DNA of 37,812 bases from a virus (lineage: Duplodnaviria; Heunggongvirae; Uroviricota; Caudoviricetes). The notes under the pieces are model-generated. The model was not told the origin of the DNA. It made no database searches and saw nothing but the letters and a program-made list of their open reading frames with translations. The stretch is from the IMG/VR virus record IMGVR_UViG_2778261419_000004, positions 1 through 37,812 of that record; one strand, written 5' to 3'. Both the position numbers and the translations under genes were made by a program. Below are positions 35,428-37,812 of the stretch, piece by piece. The stretch's first letter is position 1. The number at the start of each line of letters is the position of its first letter.

Positions 35428-37812
35428 ATGTCAAATATTGTGCCAAATGTTATAATTTCAATGCCAAGTCAACTATTTACGTTAGCCAGAAAATTCCAGG
35501 CCGCAAGCAATGGCAAGATATTCATTGGTAAGATAGATTCCGATCCTACGCTCCCACAGAATCAAGTGCAGGTTTATGTGGAGAACGAAGACGGATCTCA
35601 CGTTCCTGTTTCGCAACCAATCATTATTAACGCTGCTGGATATCCGGTATATAACGGACAGATTGCCAAATTCGTTACCGTGCAAGGCCATTCTATGGCT
35701 GTTTATGATGCGTATGGTTCTCAGCAGTTCTATTTTCCGAATGTGCTGAAGTATGATCCATCATCAAAGTTTCCCTACCTTGATATAAACTTATTAAATC
35801 TTTGGGATAAATACAGTAAACTTCCTGGATATAATTTAATTGGATATTTCAAACCAGGAGTAACAATAAATAACCCATGCGATGTTGTATTGCATCTTGG
35901 TAGCGCAACCGTTTATAGATATACGGCAACCATACCGCACACCATAACCAGCGATGAAGAGCCATCAGGATTTTGGCTGCCAGTAAAAGAAGGCATTGAA
36001 GCAGCATCTTCTGCTGATATGACGAGGCTGATATCAGATGGGCATTACATCATTGAGAAAAATGCTGATTTCCTAATTCCAGGGCTAATACCTGGTTCAT
36101 ATAACAGATCTGATAGAAGTTTTTCTGATGGTTATGAGTTCCGATATGGAGGAATAAAGCATCAAAAACAACCATTTGGTGTTTTTGAAAATGCATGTGT
36201 TTTAACGGCTGTGGCTGCGACTCGTGATGCTGAGCATTTTACCGGCATTCTAGGCGCCGAAACCGGTCAATCGCTGGCCCAATACGGCAGTACAGATACT
36301 GCTGCTACATATTTTGAAAATACTGCATTACCGCCATTGTACACGCTAACTGGAGCTATTTTTAGCACAACAGGAGCATCTAGTATTACCATTGATCCGG
36401 CTAAGGTCAGGATAAATATGACCGCGGTGGTTATAGGATCTTCGAAAACATGGTTTGGTCTTATTAGGGGGTTTAATTCGTCAAGCATCACCGTTGATGG
36501 ATGGTATGAAAAAACGTCAGGAACTCAGAGCACTCCATCAGGAACACTTTATATCTCTCCTGTATATCGTGTATGGGGGAATAATACTGTTGTAACAGTT
36601 CCTGAAGATGCAGCTGCAACGTCTGCAGTTGGTATGGAGGTGATGCTTAACCTATATAAAGACGGAACAGGTTCTGATAGTCAGGTTTATAAAGCTATCA
36701 ACAACAATGCATTTAATCCTGATGAGATAGTTGATAGCGCATACCAGGCTGTAGGTAAGTTTGGCAAAGCACATGATGTTTGGCCTGGTTCAACATATTC
36801 ATATCGCTCATGGGGTGCTACATCATATGGGTTCTTCTCAGACCACGATCAGTCCGGTATCAAAATTCTAACCCCCAACGCTGCGGCATTTGTGCTGGCG
36901 TCACAGGTTGATGGTGTTGGAGAGGAAACCAACGTACTTATCATTGACCCTGCCGGTAGCATCACACAAACAAACCGAAAGGGGGTGAACGAAATCGCCG
37001 CACAGTTTGGTCCCAATGGAGCAGCTGGGGTCGTCATACGGCAACAAGCCTCAGGAGGTGCGAACGCATCAGACGCTGTTATGTTCGTAGGAAAGTCATC
37101 AGCAACGGACAGGAGCATAAACTGCGCTGGCACAGTTAATTCTTCCGGAGCTGATTACGCTGAATATTTCTACAAATCAGAAGGCTGTGGAGACATTAAG
37201 CCAGGCGATATATGCGGAATTGACGCGGACGGGAATATCACTGACAGATATGACAGTGCAGTTAGCTTCATGGTAAAAAGTACCAACCCATGTCTTGTTG
37301 GCGGTGACACATGGCTACAAAGCGAGCGCCCAGAATACCCATCGCAAGAATGGGCAGAATGGGAAAAGAAACTCAGAAAACAAAAACCCGTGAAACCTGA
37401 ATATTCTATGGTCTCGGCTATGATTCGGTCAGGGATGTCACAGGAAGAGGCAGAGTCAGTTTATGCTGAATACTTCCGAAGCTATGAAGCCGAACTTGTA
37501 TCGTGGAATTCAGAGCAGGAGTGGGCCAGAAATAATGAGCCAGACATGGAGAGTGCTGAATACAAACAATGGATAGCATCCTCAGAAGAGGAGAGGAAGA
37601 AAGTTGACCGCTTAGCCTTTTGTGGTCGCGTTCCTGTTAATGTCATCGGCGGAAATCCAGGCGAGTATCTTATACCACAGAGAGATTCTAATGGTGGCAT
37701 AAGCGGGGTGTACATATCAGAACCATCATTTATAGATTATCGTAAAGCCGTAGGGAGGGTAGTATCAGTAAATGAATCAAAGGAAGTAACCATCACTGTA
37801 CTTGTACATTAA
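35428..37812 (+). CDS. Tailspike (P22 gp9-like head-binding N-terminus, divergent receptor-binding body, C-terminal chaperone-like domain)
   Basis: 794 aa ending at the window edge with TAA. N-terminal ~110 aa (GKIDSDPTLPQNQVQVYVENEDGSHV...VTVQGHSMAVYDAYGSQ) resembles the P22 tailspike head-binding domain; the rest is unrelated to the P22 body as recalled. Confidence 0.8.
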   Translation: MSNIVPNVIISMPSQLFTLARKFQAASNGKIFIGKIDSDPTLPQNQVQVYVENEDGSHVPVSQPIIINAAGYPVYNGQIAKFVTVQGHSMAVYDAYGSQQFYFPNVLKYDPSSKFPYLDINLLNLWDKYSKLPGYNLIGYFKPGVTINNPCDVVLHLGSATVYRYTATIPHTITSDEEPSGFWLPVKEGIEAASSADMTRLISDGHYIIEKNADFLIPGLIPGSYNRSDRSFSDGYEFRYGGIKHQKQPFGVFENACVLTAVAATRDAEHFTGILGAETGQSLAQYGSTDTAATYFENTALPPLYTLTGAIFSTTGASSITIDPAKVRINMTAVVIGSSKTWFGLIRGFNSSSITVDGWYEKTSGTQSTPSGTLYISPVYRVWGNNTVVTVPEDAAATSAVGMEVMLNLYKDGTGSDSQVYKAINNNAFNPDEIVDSAYQAVGKFGKAHDVWPGSTYSYRSWGATSYGFFSDHDQSGIKILTPNAAAFVLASQVDGVGEETNVLIIDPAGSITQTNRKGVNEIAAQFGPNGAAGVVIRQQASGGANASDAVMFVGKSSATDRSINCAGTVNSSGADYAEYFYKSEGCGDIKPGDICGIDADGNITDRYDSAVSFMVKSTNPCLVGGDTWLQSERPEYPSQEWAEWEKKLRKQKPVKPEYSMVSAMIRSGMSQEEAESVYAEYFRSYEAELVSWNSEQEWARNNEPDMESAEYKQWIASSEEERKKVDRLAFCGRVPVNVIGGNPGEYLIPQRDSNGGISGVYISEPSFIDYRKAVGRVVSVNESKEVTITVLVH

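Overview
This window is most of a temperate lambdoid phage or prophage with P22-type gene order, running from an excisionase-like gene at the left edge to a complete tailspike gene at the right edge. The integrase is not in the window. All identifications come from reading the ORF translations and DNA by eye and comparing to protein sequences I recall (lambda, P22, DLP12); no database search, alignment or folding was run. Left to right: a leftward early operon (excisionase-like, RecT, small unknown ORFs, N-like antiterminator); a lambda-like immunity region (cI, cro, cII) with three-site OL and OR operators of half-site AATAC-N5-GTATT, pL/pR, and nutL/nutR; replication genes (O-like initiator with internal iterons, primase-helicase); a nin region (ninB, D, E, F, ybcO, rusA, ninH) ending in a Q-type antiterminator; a lysis cassette that looks near-identical to lambda S/R/Rz/Rz1; P22-type morphogenesis genes (terS through gp16 ejection protein); an immI region (mnt, arc, ant with Arc and Mnt operators); and the tailspike. 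The most interesting accessory content is: (1) an HNH-AP2 homing endonuclease ORF that begins with a lambda-type NinB N-terminus and is followed by a complete ninB; (2) a cytoplasmic trypsin-like serine protease in its own AT-rich unit between the lysis and packaging genes; (3) two signal-peptide proteins translationally coupled to mnt where P22 carries sieA; (4) a small multi-pass membrane protein immediately downstream of cI in the rex/sieB slot; (5) two further HNH endonuclease genes flanked by AT-rich, apparently replaced gene ends. No CRISPR array, tRNA or rRNA was found.
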